From Anaeromyxobacter sp. (GTDB lineage: Bacteria > Myxococcota > Myxococcia > Myxococcales > Anaeromyxobacteraceae), in contig JASGJN010000014.1 of NCBI GenBank assembly GCA_049840735.1, forward strand, positions 128,001-192,000: DNA of 64,000 nt. The letters are read 5' to 3'. Positions 42,488-53,516 of the stretch are shown here, piece after piece (positions within the stretch are counted from its first letter, which is position 1; each line of letters opens with the position of its first letter). The notes under the pieces are model-generated. The model was given only the letters and a program-made list of their open reading frames with translations. It searched no databases and was not told where the DNA came from. A program made the position numbers and the translations under genes.

Positions 42488-44473
42488 CTACTCGCCCCCC
42501 GCCCCGGAGGAGCGGAGGATCCAGGGGTAGGTGATCACGGCGATGCCGCCGCCCTTCGGCTTGGGGAACTGCCAGCTGACGATGCGGCTCATCATGCACT
42601 CGTGGACCTTGGCGTCCTCGAGCGTGGTGGCGCTGCCGTCCACCTGCGGGCTGGAGGCAGAGCCGTCGGCGTTGATGACCCACTTGATCGAGACCTTGCC
42701 CTGCAGCCGCGGGTTCAGGGCCAGCTGGTTCTCGTAGCAGTAGCGGATCTGCGCGGCGTGATCCTGGATCACCTTGCGGATGAGCTCCTTGTCGATCGGA
42801 CCATCACCACCGCGTTGCCGGTCGAGACGTTGACGTCGCGGTCGGACTTCTTGCCCAGGCCGCCCACGCCGGTGCCGTAGGTGCCCTGCCCGCCGCCGCG
42901 GCCGTGCGTGCCCACCGCGCCGATGCCGATGGTCTCGCCGGAGCCGCCGCCGCCCGAGCCGGAGCCGCGCATGCCCAGGCCGCCCAGGCCCTGGCTGTCG
43001 CCCACCGCCGGGCCGAACATGTTGCCGACGGCGCCGTGCAGGTCGCCGCCCAGGCCGCCCTGGCCGAAGACGGTGGAGAGCCCGCCGCCGCCGCGGCCGA
43101 TGGCGCCCACCAGGCCGGTGTTCTTCACCACGTCCTTGGCGCTCGGGTCGATGGCCTTGGGGGCGGAGCGGTTGCCGGTCTTGGGCGCGTCCTTCTTGCC
43201 CATCTGGCCTTCCTCGCCCTTGTGCTTCTCGGCGGCCTCGCCCGGATCGTCCTTCTTGTCGCCCTTGGAGAGGTCCTTCTGCACCGGCTTGGGCGGCTCG
43301 GTCTGGAACTGCACCCGGTACTCGCCCAGCGTGCGGGTCAGGTCGTCGGCCCGCGTGTCGGGGATGTCGCCGGAGAGCTGCGCGCCCACCAGGAAGAAGA
43401 GCGCCAGGAAGGCGATCAGGATGGCCAGGTTGAGGAACCGGTACTCGATCCGCTCCCACCACGGCGCGGAGTGGATCTTCTCCGGCTGCTTGGGGCGGGC
43501 CTCGATGGCCAGCTGCGCGCCGATCTCGGCGCGCACGGCGCCGGCGCGCGGGACCGGGATCCAGAACGCGCCCGGCAGCTTCTCGTCCACCGCCGCCTTG
43601 CGGCTGCGGACCAGGTCGCCGAAGGCGGTGCGGGCGCCGCGCTCGTCCAGCACGCCGGTCATGCCCTGCCCGAAGGCGAACTGGTAGTCGCCGCCGGCCC
43701 AGCGGAGCATGGGGAACTGCTCCTGCGGCATGCCCTCGACCTGCAGGCCGACGCCGGCGCCGGACCCCACCAGCACCGGCGCCGGGGGGCGGACGAAGGT
43801 GGCGGCCTCCAGCAGCGTGTCGCCCCACAGCAGGCGCAGCTCCACGCCCAGGTCGGCGGCGGCGGTCAGAATCCTCGACGGTGCGCTCGGCGCGCGGCAG
43901 GCGGCGCGCGGCGCGGCGGGCCACGGCGCGGGGTGCGGCCTTGGCGGCGCGCGGGGCGGCAGGCGCAGCGGGGGCCGGAGCGGCGGCCGGCGCCGGGGTG
44001 GCCGCGCGCGGGGCCGGGGCGGCGGGGGCCACGGAGGCCGGGGCGGCGGCGGGCGCAGCGACCGGCGCCGGGTGGGCGTGGCCGTTGCCGTTCACCTTGG
44101 CCGGCCGCGGCGCGATCTCGGGGACGGCGACGGCGCGGTTGACCGGCTCGCCGGCCGGCGCCACCACGTTCTCGGGCCCCTCCAGCACCAGGCGCAGCCC
44201 GCCCAGCGTGATCTGGTCGCCGGGGCGGAGCGGCCCGCGGCTGACCTTCTTGCCGTTGACGAACGTGCCCTCCTTGCTCGCCATGTCGATGATCGAGATG
44301 GCGCCGTCGGGCGAGACCTCGATGACCGAGTGGAGGCGGGAGATCCGCTCGTCGTCCAGCACCAGGTGGGCCGCGGAGGCGAGGCGGCCGATCTTGATGA
44401 TGTCGCGGGTGAACTGCTCCGTCCGGAGCAGCTCGGTGCCGCGGAAGACCTTGAGGGTGATCGGCGTGGGCAT
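42488..44473 (-). CDS. gltG: GltG/PglI (FHA, TM, Gly-rich region, TonB-C); compensating frameshifts near 43870 (+1) and 42799 (-1)
   Basis: FHA motifs IGR/ISRLH/GTFVNG; C-terminal IRYCYE..GKV..FPKPKGGG..YPW; the middle is encoded by the 42769-43845 frame. Confidence 0.85.
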   Translation of the reverse strand: MPTPITLKVFRGTELLRTEQFTRDIIKIGRLASAAHLVLDDERISRLHSVIEVSPDGAISIIDMASKEGTFVNGKKVSRGPLRPGDQITLGGLRLVLEGPENVVAPAGEPVNRAVAVPEIAPRPAKVNGNGHAHPAPVAAPAAAPASVAPAAPAPRAATPAPAAAPAPAAPAAPRAAKAAPRAVARRAARRLPRAERTVEDSDRRRRPGRGAAPAVGRHAAGGRHLRPPPGAGAGGVRRRRRPAGRGHAAGAVPHAPLGRRRLPVRLRAGHDRRAGRARRPHRLRRPGPQPQGGGGREAAGRVLDPGPARRRRARRDRRAAGHRGPPQAAGEDPLRAVVGADRVPVPQPGHPDRLPGALLPGGRAALRRHPRHAGRRPDPHAGRVPGAVPDRAAQAGAEGPLQGRQEGRSGRGRREAQGRGRPDGQEGRAQDRQPLRPQGHRPERQGRGEEHRPGGRHRPRRRRALHRLRPGRPGRRPARRRRQHVRPGGGRQPGPGRPGHARLRLGRRRLRRDHRHRRGGHARPRRRAGHLRHRRGRPGQEVRPRRQRLDRQRGGDGPIDKELIRKVIQDHAAQIRYCYENQLALNPRLQGKVSIKWVINADGSASSPQVDGSATTLEDAKVHECMMSRIVSWQFPKPKGGGIAVITYPWILRSSGAGGE

Positions 44474-44491
44474 GGCTCTTTCGCGCGGGGC

Positions 44492-44764
44492 TTACAGATC
44501 GCCCGACGACTGCATCACCTTGTCCCGCCAGTTCTCGCGGATCTTGATGAGGTTGGAGTGGTCCACCTTGCGGCGGGCCTCGACGTACTCGCCGTCCGGG
44601 CGCTTCAGGTCGCCCTCGATGGTGTCGTCCTCGAAGTTGATGACGGTCTTCTTCTCGTACTCGACCTTGGCGGGCGGCGCGTCCGCCGGCGGCGCCGGCG
44701 GGGGCGTCTGCGCAGCGGCGCCGAGCGGCAGCGCCAGGGCGGCCATGAGCAGGATCTTTCGCAT
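44492..44764 (-). CDS. gltF: GltF/CglF
   Basis: Signal peptide; YEKKTVINFEDDTIEGDLKRPDG, SNLIKIRENW. Confidence 0.88.
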   Translation of the reverse strand: MRKILLMAALALPLGAAAQTPPPAPPADAPPAKVEYEKKTVINFEDDTIEGDLKRPDGEYVEARRKVDHSNLIKIRENWRDKVMQSSGDL

Positions 44765-44841
44765 CGTCGAGCCCTCGTCCTCCGGTGAGCTTACCACCCG
44801 CCCCGCCAGCCCCGTGAGCCGGCCCCTCGCCGCGCCCGGGA

Positions 44842-46197
44842 TCATGGCTTCTTCCCCTGCGGCGCGGCGGGCGCGTCCGGCTCGGTGGGCAGCGGCACCG
44901 CCGGCGGCAGCGCCAGCGGGTCCTCCTCGGCGGCGGGCGCCGGCCTGGCCGCTGCGCCCGGCGCGGCGGCCTTCTTCTGGTCGGCCTGCTGCTGCAGCTG
45001 CCTGGCCGCCTCCAGCGCCTTCCGGTTCTCCGCCAGGATGCCCTCGCACTCCCGCTCCAGCTTGAGCACCTGGGAGTCGGTGGTGGCCATGGGGCCGGCG
45101 GCCTGGCGGTACTTGCGGAACTCCACCAGCGCGGGCTCGCACTCCTCCTTCACCCGCATGAAGAGGACGCCGCGCGCCAGGTTCACCTCGGGCAGCCGGC
45201 CGGCGCCCGCCTGCTCGGCCCTGGCCAGCGCGGCCAGCGCCGGGTCGGCCTCGCCCAGGTGGCGGTAGGCCACGCCCAGCGCCAGCTGCACGGCGGCGTC
45301 GTCCGGCGCGTCCTTCTGCAGCGCCTGCCCCTGCTCCACCACCGCGCTCCAGCGCTGCGCCTGCAGCGCCGCGGAGAGCAGCGCGTAGCGGGCGGGCAGG
45401 TGGTGGGGATCGAGCGCCAGCGCCTTGTTCCACTGCGCCGCCGCGCCCGCGTCGTCGCCGCCCTTGTCCAGCGCCTGGCCCATCAGGAAGGCCAGCTCGG
45501 GATCGTTCGCCTCGACCTTCTGCGCGCGGAGCACCAGCAGGCGGGCCAGGTCGCCCTGGTCGCGCCGCAGCGCCACGCGGGCCATGACCCGGTACGCGCC
45601 GGTGGCCCGGGCGTCGCGGAGCAGCGCCTCGCGGGAGAGGCGCCAGGCCTCGTCCAGCTGGCCGGACTCGAGGTAGAGCGCGGCCAGCCGCTCGCGCGCG
45701 CGGCCGTCCTCGGGGAAGTCGCGCACCACGCCGGCGTAGGCGGCCTGGGCCAGGTGCGCGTCGCCGGTCTTCTCGGTGAGCACCGCCAGGTTGAGCGAGG
45801 CCTGGCGCAGCGAGGGCTTCACCTGCCGGGCCCGCTCGTACTCGGCGCGGGCCTCGGCCAGCCGCCCCTGCCCCTCGAGCGTCACGCCCAGGTTGAAGCG
45901 GGCCTCGGGGATCTCGCTGGCGTCCAGCACGGCGCGCCACTTGCGCTCCAGCAGGACCCAGTCGGTGGGGACCTTGAGCTTGCGCTGGTCGGCCTCGGCC
46001 TGGACCGCCTCGGCGAAGAGCCGCTCGGCGCGGGCCGAGACGACCTCGGGGGCGGCGGCCGGCGCGGGGGCGGCGCCCGCCTTGGCGCCGGGCCTGGCCG
46101 CGGCGGTGGCCTGACCCCTGGGCGCGGCGCCGCCGCCGGCGCAGGCCAGGGTGGCCGCCAGCAGCAGCGTGGAGATGGAGATCCGGCGCGTGGTCAC
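44842..46197 (-). CDS. gltE: TPR lipoprotein GltE/AglT
   Basis: Lipobox ATLA-C, TPRs, GTGA overlap with gltD; synteny. Confidence 0.8.
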   Translation of the reverse strand: MTTRRISISTLLLAATLACAGGGAAPRGQATAAARPGAKAGAAPAPAAAPEVVSARAERLFAEAVQAEADQRKLKVPTDWVLLERKWRAVLDASEIPEARFNLGVTLEGQGRLAEARAEYERARQVKPSLRQASLNLAVLTEKTGDAHLAQAAYAGVVRDFPEDGRARERLAALYLESGQLDEAWRLSREALLRDARATGAYRVMARVALRRDQGDLARLLVLRAQKVEANDPELAFLMGQALDKGGDDAGAAAQWNKALALDPHHLPARYALLSAALQAQRWSAVVEQGQALQKDAPDDAAVQLALGVAYRHLGEADPALAALARAEQAGAGRLPEVNLARGVLFMRVKEECEPALVEFRKYRQAAGPMATTDSQVLKLERECEGILAENRKALEAARQLQQQADQKKAAAPGAAARPAPAAEEDPLALPPAVPLPTEPDAPAAPQGKKP

Positions 46198-49100
46198 GGG
46201 AGCAGGTCCTCGTCCTCGCCGCCGCCCTTCTTGCGGGCGGGCAGCGGCTGATCGGCGTCGGGGGTCCGGCGCTGCGGGTCGTTGACCGCGCCGTTCTCCT
46301 GCTGCGGGCCGGCGGGCGCGGTGCCGGCCGCGGGCTTCACCCGCAGCGGCGGCAGGTTGGGGGCGGCGGCCGAGGCGGCCTTGCGCGGCGGCGGCACCGG
46401 CTGGACCGCGGCCAGCAGGCCGTAGCCCACCGGGGCCGAGACCTGGGCCGGCGCCTTGAGCGGCGGGATCACCTCGGGCGAGGGGCCGTAGGCCTCCGGC
46501 TTCACCTTCACCAGGAGCGCGGTGGCCTGCTTGGAGCAGGCGTTCGAGACGCCGTAGTCGCGCGAGGCGCGCACCGCCAGCTCGAAGCCCTCGACCGCCT
46601 TCTGCTCCAGCGGGTCGGCCAGCTGGGCCAGCTGGTTCCGGTACTCCTCCACGTAGGCCTGGTTCTTCCGGATCTCCTTGGGGATGGGCGCGTCGTAGAG
46701 CGACTGGGCGAAGCGCCGGTAGCCGAAGCCGATCCGGTAGAGCGCGCAGATCGACGGCTCGGCCTGCTTGAGCTTGGTGACCTCGCGGTAGGCGCCCTCC
46801 AGCCTCACCCACTTCTTGCCCTTGTTCTGCAGCACCCACTTCATGTCCTGCGGCCGCACGTCGAGCGAGATCCTGTCCCAGGCCGCGAAGTCGGGCTCCA
46901 GCTCCTCGTACATGGCCTGGGCCACCGGGGCCAGGCCGCGGTCCTTCACCTTGCCCGGCGCGCGCCGGTAGGTGGCCAGCGCCTCGGCGTAGGCGCGGCG
47001 GGCCGCCGGGCCGTTGCCGGCCTTCTCCTGGCGGCGGGCGATCCGGTCCTGGATGGCCAGCCACTCGTCCGGATCCCGGGCGTACTTCTGCTGGTAGTCG
47101 GCCAGCTGCTTCAGCTCCTTCGAGGCCTGGCCGCGCTTCGCGTAGACGTCGGCCAGCCCGAGGAAGAGCCGCGGGGCCTCCTCGCCGCCGGGCCAGGCGT
47201 CCAGGTAGGCCTCGCTGTCGGCCTCGGCCTTGGCCCACTCGCGCAGCCCGGCGCGGAACAGCGCCGCGTTGATGATGGCGTCGCGGGCCTTCTTCTCGTC
47301 CCAGGTCGGCTTGCCGGCGGCCGGGGCGGGCGCGGCGGCGGCCGCCTTGCCCTTCTTGCCCCTGGCGGGCGCGGCCTTGGCGGCCGGGGCCGTGGCGCGG
47401 CGCCACTCCTGGAAGTACCGCTCGTAGCGCTCGGCGGCCTCGCCGAAGTCGCCGATGGTCTCGTAGGCCTCGGCGTTGTCGTAGACGCACTGGGCGGCCA
47501 GCGGCTCGCGCGGGTAGCGCTGCATGAACTGGTCGCGGATGTCCATGGCGCGGTCGAGCCGGCCGGCCCGCACCTGGTCCACCGACGCGTTGTAGAGCGC
47601 GGTGGGCGCCAGCGCCGACTGCGGCCAGTCGCGGGCGAAGGCCAGGTACTCGTCGGTGGCCGCGTCCCAGTCCTTGGCGCGCTCGCGCTCCTCGATCACC
47701 TTGAACGCGCTGCCCTCGATGATGCGGGTCAGGTCGTCCTTCAGCTCGGGGTGGGCGGCCAGGAGCGCGCGGTTGCCGTAGAACCGCTTGGCCCAGCCGT
47801 TCACGTTGCGCCAGTCGCCCAGCAGGTTGTAGGCGTCCAGCACCAGGTTGGTGGCGTAGCCGGCCAGCCGGTGCTCGGGGTGGTCGAGCGCGATGCGGGT
47901 GTAGAGGTCGGTGGCCTTCGCGAAGTCGTTGTGCCGGTAGTAGAGGTCGGCGGCCATGTAGGCCACCTCGACCCACTTGTCCCCGGCCGGCTGCCACTTG
48001 AGGTAGCGCTCGCAGGCCTCGACCAGCTTCTGCCGCTCCGGCGCCATGGGGACGCGCTTCTGCGGATCGCCGGCGGCCGGGACGGGCAGCTTCTTGGCCA
48101 CCACGTCGTAGGCGAAGACGGCGTTCTCCAGCGCGTCCTTGAAGAACTTGCCCGGCTTGCGCGCCGGCTCGCCCGGCTTCGGCGCCGGGGCGTCGGTGTC
48201 CACCAGCGCCACCCGGTCGTACTCGGCGCCGGCGGCCTGGAACTGGCCCAGGGCGTAGAGCAGCTCGGCGTGGAAGAACCGCAGCTCGTAGGCGGGCGGC
48301 TCGTTGGGGAAGACCTCCAGGTAGTCCTGGTAGACGGCGGCGGCGTACCCGGCCACCGGCTCGTCGCGCGTCTTCTTCCACTCGTTGTGGTACTGCACCG
48401 CCAGGATGCGCAGCGTGCGCTCGGCGTCGGCGCGCGCGTCCGCGATGGCCTTGGCGTTCTTCGGATCCTTGCCCTCGGCCGACTCCTCGAATCTGCCGGA
48501 GCATGCGGACGAAGACGTGCGCCTGGGCCACCGCCGCGTCCTTGCGCCCCATGCGGCCGGCGCAGGTCACGATGCGCGACTGGAAGAAGGGCGCCTCGAC
48601 CGAGAGCGGCTTCTCGCGGATCAGCCGCGCGTAGACCAGCACCGCGTCGCGATCCTTGCCCTCCTCGAAGTAGAGGCCGGCCAGGGTCTTCAGCATCTCC
48701 CACCAGCCGGTCTCGCCGCCCACGCGCTTGAACTCGTCGTAGGCCTGCTCGGCCTGGCCCACGTGGCTGTAGGTGCGGACGTAGTCCTTCCGCGCCTCCT
48801 TCACCAGGGCCAGCTTCTTCTCCTTGGGCACGGTGGAGTTGGGGTTCTCGCCCAGGAAGATCACCGAGCGGAACAGCTCCAGCGCCTCGCTCCAGTTGCC
48901 GAGGTTGTAGTGGACCCAGCCCTGCTTGTAGAGCGCGTAGCCGTAGACCGAGCTCTCCTGGTGCTCCGCCGCCTGGCGGTACGACTCCAGCGCCCGACCC
49001 AGGTTCTCGGTCCGCTCGTGCTTGTTGGCCCGCTCGAAGTAGTACTCGCCGAACGCCATCCAGGAGTCCGGGACGTAGGGCGAGGCCGGGTAGCGCTTGA

Positions 49101-49734
49101 TGAGCGCGCGGAAGGCCTGCAGCGACTCGGGGTCGTTCCGGTCGCGCTTGCCCAGGTTCTGGCCGAGGAAGAACAGCACCTCGTCCATGCGCGGGTACTT
49201 GGGGAAGCGCTGGATGATGGCCTTGTAGAGCGCGATGGCCTGGTCCTGCAGCCGCTTCTGCTCGCCCTCCAGCTGCCGCTTCTCCGCCTGGAGCCGGTCG
49301 ATCTCCCGCGGGTCGCCGCGGGTGCCCAGCTCGATGAGCTTGTCGTCGCGCCGGTTGGCCTCGAAGAAGAAGTACTGCGACTCCTCCCACTGCAGCTCGG
49401 CCAGCCGGTAGTACCACTGCGGCGTCTCCTCCGCGGAGCCGCCGCCCAGCTGGATCAGCTTCTGCAGGCTGGCGATCTCCTCGCGCCGCTTGCCCGAGAT
49501 GTCGAACTCGACGTTGCGCCGGAAGGACTCGAAGTCGAGCGCCGGGCCGCCCGCCGCGGCCGGCTTCCTGGCCGCCTGCAGCGAGCCGCCCAGGGCCGCG
49601 TCGGGGGCCACCGAGCGCTTCTCACCCAGGCCTGCCGCCTGGGGGGCCGGCCGGGCCGGCGCAGGGGCCGCGCCGCGCGCCGGTGCGGCCGCGAGCGCCA
49701 GGAGGACGGCGCCGAGCGAGACGACACGACACAT
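46194..49734 (-). CDS. gltD: Periplasmic TPR protein GltD/AgmU; +1 frameshift at 48489-48493
   Basis: Signal peptide and TPR clusters; GAATC to GATC gives MLRQIEESAEGKD and joins the two ORFs. Confidence 0.82.
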
Positions 49735-49761
49735 GCTGTGAATCCTCTCTAGGCGCCCGCG

Positions 49762-51699
49762 CTAGCGGGACGCCGACGGCGCCTGCTGCGACCTGGGCAG
49801 GCAATCCTTGCAACCGCGCGTGAGGGTGTACGAGTAGGTCCCGAGCTCGTCGCGCCAGAACTCGCCCTCGTAGGGCCAGTAGAGGTGCTCGTCGGACACC
49901 GCGTGCGAGTACTTGAGGTCGCGCACCACCTCCACCTGGCTGCCGGTGGCGAGCGAGCCCTCCAGGGCCTCGCGCTCCTTGCGCGAGACCTCGATCTGGA
50001 TGCGCAGGGCCTGGGCCAGGAGCGTGCGCAGCGCGTCGCGCTGGTACTCCAGCGTGGCGCGGGCGCGGGCGCCGGCCTCCTCGACCATCCCGGCCTTCTC
50101 GGCGGCCAGCTCCCCCTGGAGCCGGCGCGCCAGCAGGCTGTCGCGGAACTCCTTGCGCCGCCCGCCGATGCCCTCGTCCATCTCCTGCTCCACCTCGGCG
50201 ATGGACTCGGAGAGCAGCCGGACGTTCTGGTCGGTGAAGGCCAGCTTGCGGATCTTCCGCTCCAGCGCGCTCCCCTGGGCGGCGGCGGCCAGCAGCTCGT
50301 GGTAGCTGGCCGGCGGCCGCGGCGAGGCGGTGATGCGGGTCAGCTCGTCGTAGACCGGCTCGTAGAGGCCGGAGAAGGTCTCCAGCACCAGCCGCGCCTC
50401 GGGGTAGCGGCAGTTCTCGTAGTAGACGATGGCCTTGAGGACGTAGGACTCCGGGAAGTACTCGTCCTTGAAGTAGGGCGACTGCAGCGTGAGCAGGTTG
50501 CCCAGCGTCTTCTCGTAGTCGCCCACGCGGTAGTAGGCGTAGGACGCCTCCCACAGCCCCTCCAGCCAGCTCTCGCCGCCCCAGGGCATCTTCCCGTAGT
50601 AGAAGATGGCGTAGCGGTTCTGCCGGTTCTGGTAGTGGATGCGGGCCAGCTGCAGGAAGGCCAGCTCGCGCAGCTCCGGGTCGGCGGGCCGCCCGCGCTT
50701 CGGGTTGGTGAGCCGCACCACCTCCTTGAACTGCTCGGTGGCGCCGGCGTCGTCCCCCTCGGCGTAGCGGACCAGGCCGTCCAGGAAGCGGGCCTTGGCG
50801 TAGGGATCGCCGTGGGCGGCGGGGGCGCGGTCCCCGCTGCCCGGGGCCGGGGTGCCGCCGTCGCGCACCAGCGAGGCCAGCCGCTGGGCCTCCGCCCAGG
50901 CGCTGCGGGCCTCGCCGCCGCGGCCGGCGTCGAAGAGCGCCCGGCCGCGCTCGAACTCGTACTTGGCCAGCAGGAAGTGGAAGCGGTCCTCGTAGCCGGG
51001 CGGGAAGGCGGAGGCGCCGTGGCGCGCGATGCGCGCCAGCAGCGGCTGCTCGTTCCGGAGCCGCGAGCCGACCGAGAAGATCCACTCCAGCGAGGAGCCG
51101 TAGTAGCGCGAGCCCTGCGGGCCGCGGTCGAGCACCTGATCGAAGGCGGCCAGCGCCGAGTGCTTGAGGCCCAGCTGCGCCAGCGCCTTGCCCAGCTGGT
51201 AGCGGGCCTCGTCGTGCGCGGTGGTGAGCGACGGATCCCGCAGGATCTCGTCGAAGGCCATGGCGGCCGTCTCCCAGGCCTTCTCGTCCATCAGCTTCTT
51301 GGCCGCGTCGAGCCGCTCCTTGGCGGCGCCGCTGGCCTTGCCGAGATCGAGGCCGGGCATGACGGCGGCGTCGTCGCGCGGCGGCTTGCGCGGCGCGGGG
51401 GCCGCGGTGGCCGGCGGCGGGGGCGGCGGCGGCGCGGCCTGCGGGGCCGGGGTGGCCGGCGCGGCCGGGGGCGTCTGCGCCGAGGGCGCCGGGGCCGGCT
51501 GCTTCTTGGCCGGGGCCTTCTTCGCCGGGGCCTTCTTCGGCGCCGGCTTGGCCGCCGGCTGCTGCTGCGGCGGCGGGGTCAGGTCGATGCCGAGCTGCGC
51601 CTGGGCGGCCGGCGCAGCCAGGAGGACGGCGGCCGCCACGGCCAGCAGCGGGAGGCGCCGGAGCGGGGTGGACGGCGAGGGGTCGTGCGCGCGCGCCAT
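49762..51699 (-). CDS. gltC: GltC (periplasmic TPR protein)
   Basis: Signal peptide; LLTLQSPYF, YWPYEGEFWRDELGTY..C motifs. Confidence 0.85.
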   Translation of the reverse strand: MARAHDPSPSTPLRRLPLLAVAAAVLLAAPAAQAQLGIDLTPPPQQQPAAKPAPKKAPAKKAPAKKQPAPAPSAQTPPAAPATPAPQAAPPPPPPPATAAPAPRKPPRDDAAVMPGLDLGKASGAAKERLDAAKKLMDEKAWETAAMAFDEILRDPSLTTAHDEARYQLGKALAQLGLKHSALAAFDQVLDRGPQGSRYYGSSLEWIFSVGSRLRNEQPLLARIARHGASAFPPGYEDRFHFLLAKYEFERGRALFDAGRGGEARSAWAEAQRLASLVRDGGTPAPGSGDRAPAAHGDPYAKARFLDGLVRYAEGDDAGATEQFKEVVRLTNPKRGRPADPELRELAFLQLARIHYQNRQNRYAIFYYGKMPWGGESWLEGLWEASYAYYRVGDYEKTLGNLLTLQSPYFKDEYFPESYVLKAIVYYENCRYPEARLVLETFSGLYEPVYDELTRITASPRPPASYHELLAAAAQGSALERKIRKLAFTDQNVRLLSESIAEVEQEMDEGIGGRRKEFRDSLLARRLQGELAAEKAGMVEEAGARARATLEYQRDALRTLLAQALRIQIEVSRKEREALEGSLATGSQVEVVRDLKYSHAVSDEHLYWPYEGEFWRDELGTYSYTLTRGCKDCLPRSQQAPSASR

Positions 51700-51701
51700 G
51701 G

Positions 51702-52520
51702 TCACTGCACCGGTCGGTTGTTGAACGGGAAGAAGAAGGACACGCCCAGCTCGAGGAAGAGCTGGTTCTGCAGGTCCTTGTAGGCGCCGCCGCCGTCCTG
51801 CCAGTTGGGCACCTCGACCTGGTAGATGTAGTCCTTGAACTCGGCCCGGACGGCGCCCCACTCCGAGAACCAGAAGCGGGCGCCCACGCCCACGTGGCCG
51901 CCGAAGGTGCTGGTGCTGCCGGGCGAGCCGCCGGAGGCCGCCAGGGCCTCGGCTTCGCTGGCCGAGACCACGCGCCGGTAGGAGATCCAGTCGGCGCCGG
52001 CCAGCAGCGAGAGGTCGAAGTGGCCGACCTTCTCCGAGAACATGTTGAGCTTGCCGTAGACCGGCGACCAGGCGACCTCGAGGCCGCTCATGAGGTCGAT
52101 CTCGCCCGGCACCTGCCAGAGCTGCTCCTTGCTGGCCGGCTCGCAGCCGCCGTTGGACGGGCAGACGGTGGTGGAGCCGGTGGTGCTGGTCATGCCGCCC
52201 GCCGCCGTGCCGTGGAGCGACAGGTACTCGGTGAAGTGGTAGCCGACCTTCAGGCCGCCGAAGTACTTGTTGTAGAAGGCGTCGTTCAGCGACAGGTTGC
52301 CGGTGAGCGAGGTCTCCCAGCGCCCCGCCTTGCGGAAGAGCGCGGCCGAGACCGGCGGGATCTTGCCGGCGAAGGCGTCGGACTTGCTCTGGGCGGCGGC
52401 CGGGCGCGGGGCGAAGGCCAGCGCGGCAAGGAGCGCGGACGCGGCCAGGACCAGGGAGGCGGAGCGCGAGGCCGGGCGGCGCCAGGGGCGCGCGGCGGGC
52501 GCGGGAGCGGGTCGCGTCAT
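51702..52520 (-). CDS. gltA: Outer-membrane beta-barrel GltA
   Basis: LSLNDAFY, WSPVYGK, terminal SFFFP; named by order K-B-A-C. Confidence 0.75.
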   Translation of the reverse strand: MTRPAPAPAARPWRRPASRSASLVLAASALLAALAFAPRPAAAQSKSDAFAGKIPPVSAALFRKAGRWETSLTGNLSLNDAFYNKYFGGLKVGYHFTEYLSLHGTAAGGMTSTTGSTTVCPSNGGCEPASKEQLWQVPGEIDLMSGLEVAWSPVYGKLNMFSEKVGHFDLSLLAGADWISYRRVVSASEAEALAASGGSPGSTSTFGGHVGVGARFWFSEWGAVRAEFKDYIYQVEVPNWQDGGGAYKDLQNQLFLELGVSFFFPFNNRPVQ

Positions 52521-53350
52521 GGGTGGACGTACTCGAAGGTCGTGGGGAAGAAGAACGAGAAGCCCACGTTGGCGCAGAAGACCTTCTGCACCGTGCCCGG
52601 CACCGACTCGATGGGCTGGTCCGGGTAGAGCGTGGCGTTGAGCCCGAGCTCGAAGGCCAGCCACTCCTTCGGGTAGAAGCGGACGCCGCCGCCCAGGTCG
52701 GTTGCGATGTGGGGCCCCTCGTTCCGGGGCGAGCCGCTGGTGGCGGTCCAGACCGCGCCGAAGCCGGCCGACAGGTACAGGTCGAAGTGGATGATGTTCT
52801 TCCCGAGGAAGGACGCCTTGCCGTAGATGGGGGACCAGACGCCGTCCAGCATCACCAGCTGGTCGATCTGCGAGTTGAGCAGCTGGCTCTGGAACGCCAG
52901 CTTGCCCTCGCGGACGTTGTCGGTGCGGTAGGGCGTGAAGTACGTGCCCCGGACCGCCAGCGCGAAGCTGTCCTGGAGGCTGTAGGCCAGCCGCAGGCCG
53001 CCGCCGAACTTCTGGTAGAAGGCGTCGTTCACCGACACGGACAGCTGCGGCGCGACCTCGAAGCGGCCGCGCTTGATGAAGCCCTTGCGCTGGACCGCCT
53101 TCACCTTGTCGCCCAGGGCCACGTCCTGCTCGGAGAAGGGCTGCCCGCCCGCGGCGGGGGCCTTCTGCTCCGGAGCCGGCTGGGCCGTCTTGGGCTGGGA
53201 GAGGTCGATGGGCGCAAGCTCCCCACCTTCCCCTGCAGGCTTCGACTCCGGGGTGGCCGGCTGTGTCAGATCGATGCCTGGCAGCTCCTGGGCGACGCCC
53301 GCAAGCGGGGTCACGGCGAGCAGCAAGGTCATGGAGAGCAGTATTCTCAT
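52517..53350 (-). CDS. gltB: Outer-membrane beta-barrel GltB
   Basis: VKAVQRK, SVNDAFYQK, WSPIYGK, SFFFP; named by order. Confidence 0.75.
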   Translation of the reverse strand: MRILLSMTLLLAVTPLAGVAQELPGIDLTQPATPESKPAGEGGELAPIDLSQPKTAQPAPEQKAPAAGGQPFSEQDVALGDKVKAVQRKGFIKRGRFEVAPQLSVSVNDAFYQKFGGGLRLAYSLQDSFALAVRGTYFTPYRTDNVREGKLAFQSQLLNSQIDQLVMLDGVWSPIYGKASFLGKNIIHFDLYLSAGFGAVWTATSGSPRNEGPHIATDLGGGVRFYPKEWLAFELGLNATLYPDQPIESVPGTVQKVFCANVGFSFFFPTTFEYVHP

Positions 53351-53516
53351 TCGTCGCGTCCCGCGTCTTTGGGGCATCGTAGCCAAAGCCCGGCGGAGGA
53401 GCAACGGACCGCCCCGCGCCAAAATGGACGTGATGGCGCGGCTGTAGGGTGATGTGACTTCACCTGGAGCGTTCCTTGTCGCGCCGCCGGCCGCGTGCTA
53501 ACCATGCAGTTGGACC

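Noticed and set aside
53239..53250. REP copy inside gltB
   Set aside because: Only GCTTCGACTCCG matches; no hairpin or GCTCAG arm, so probably chance
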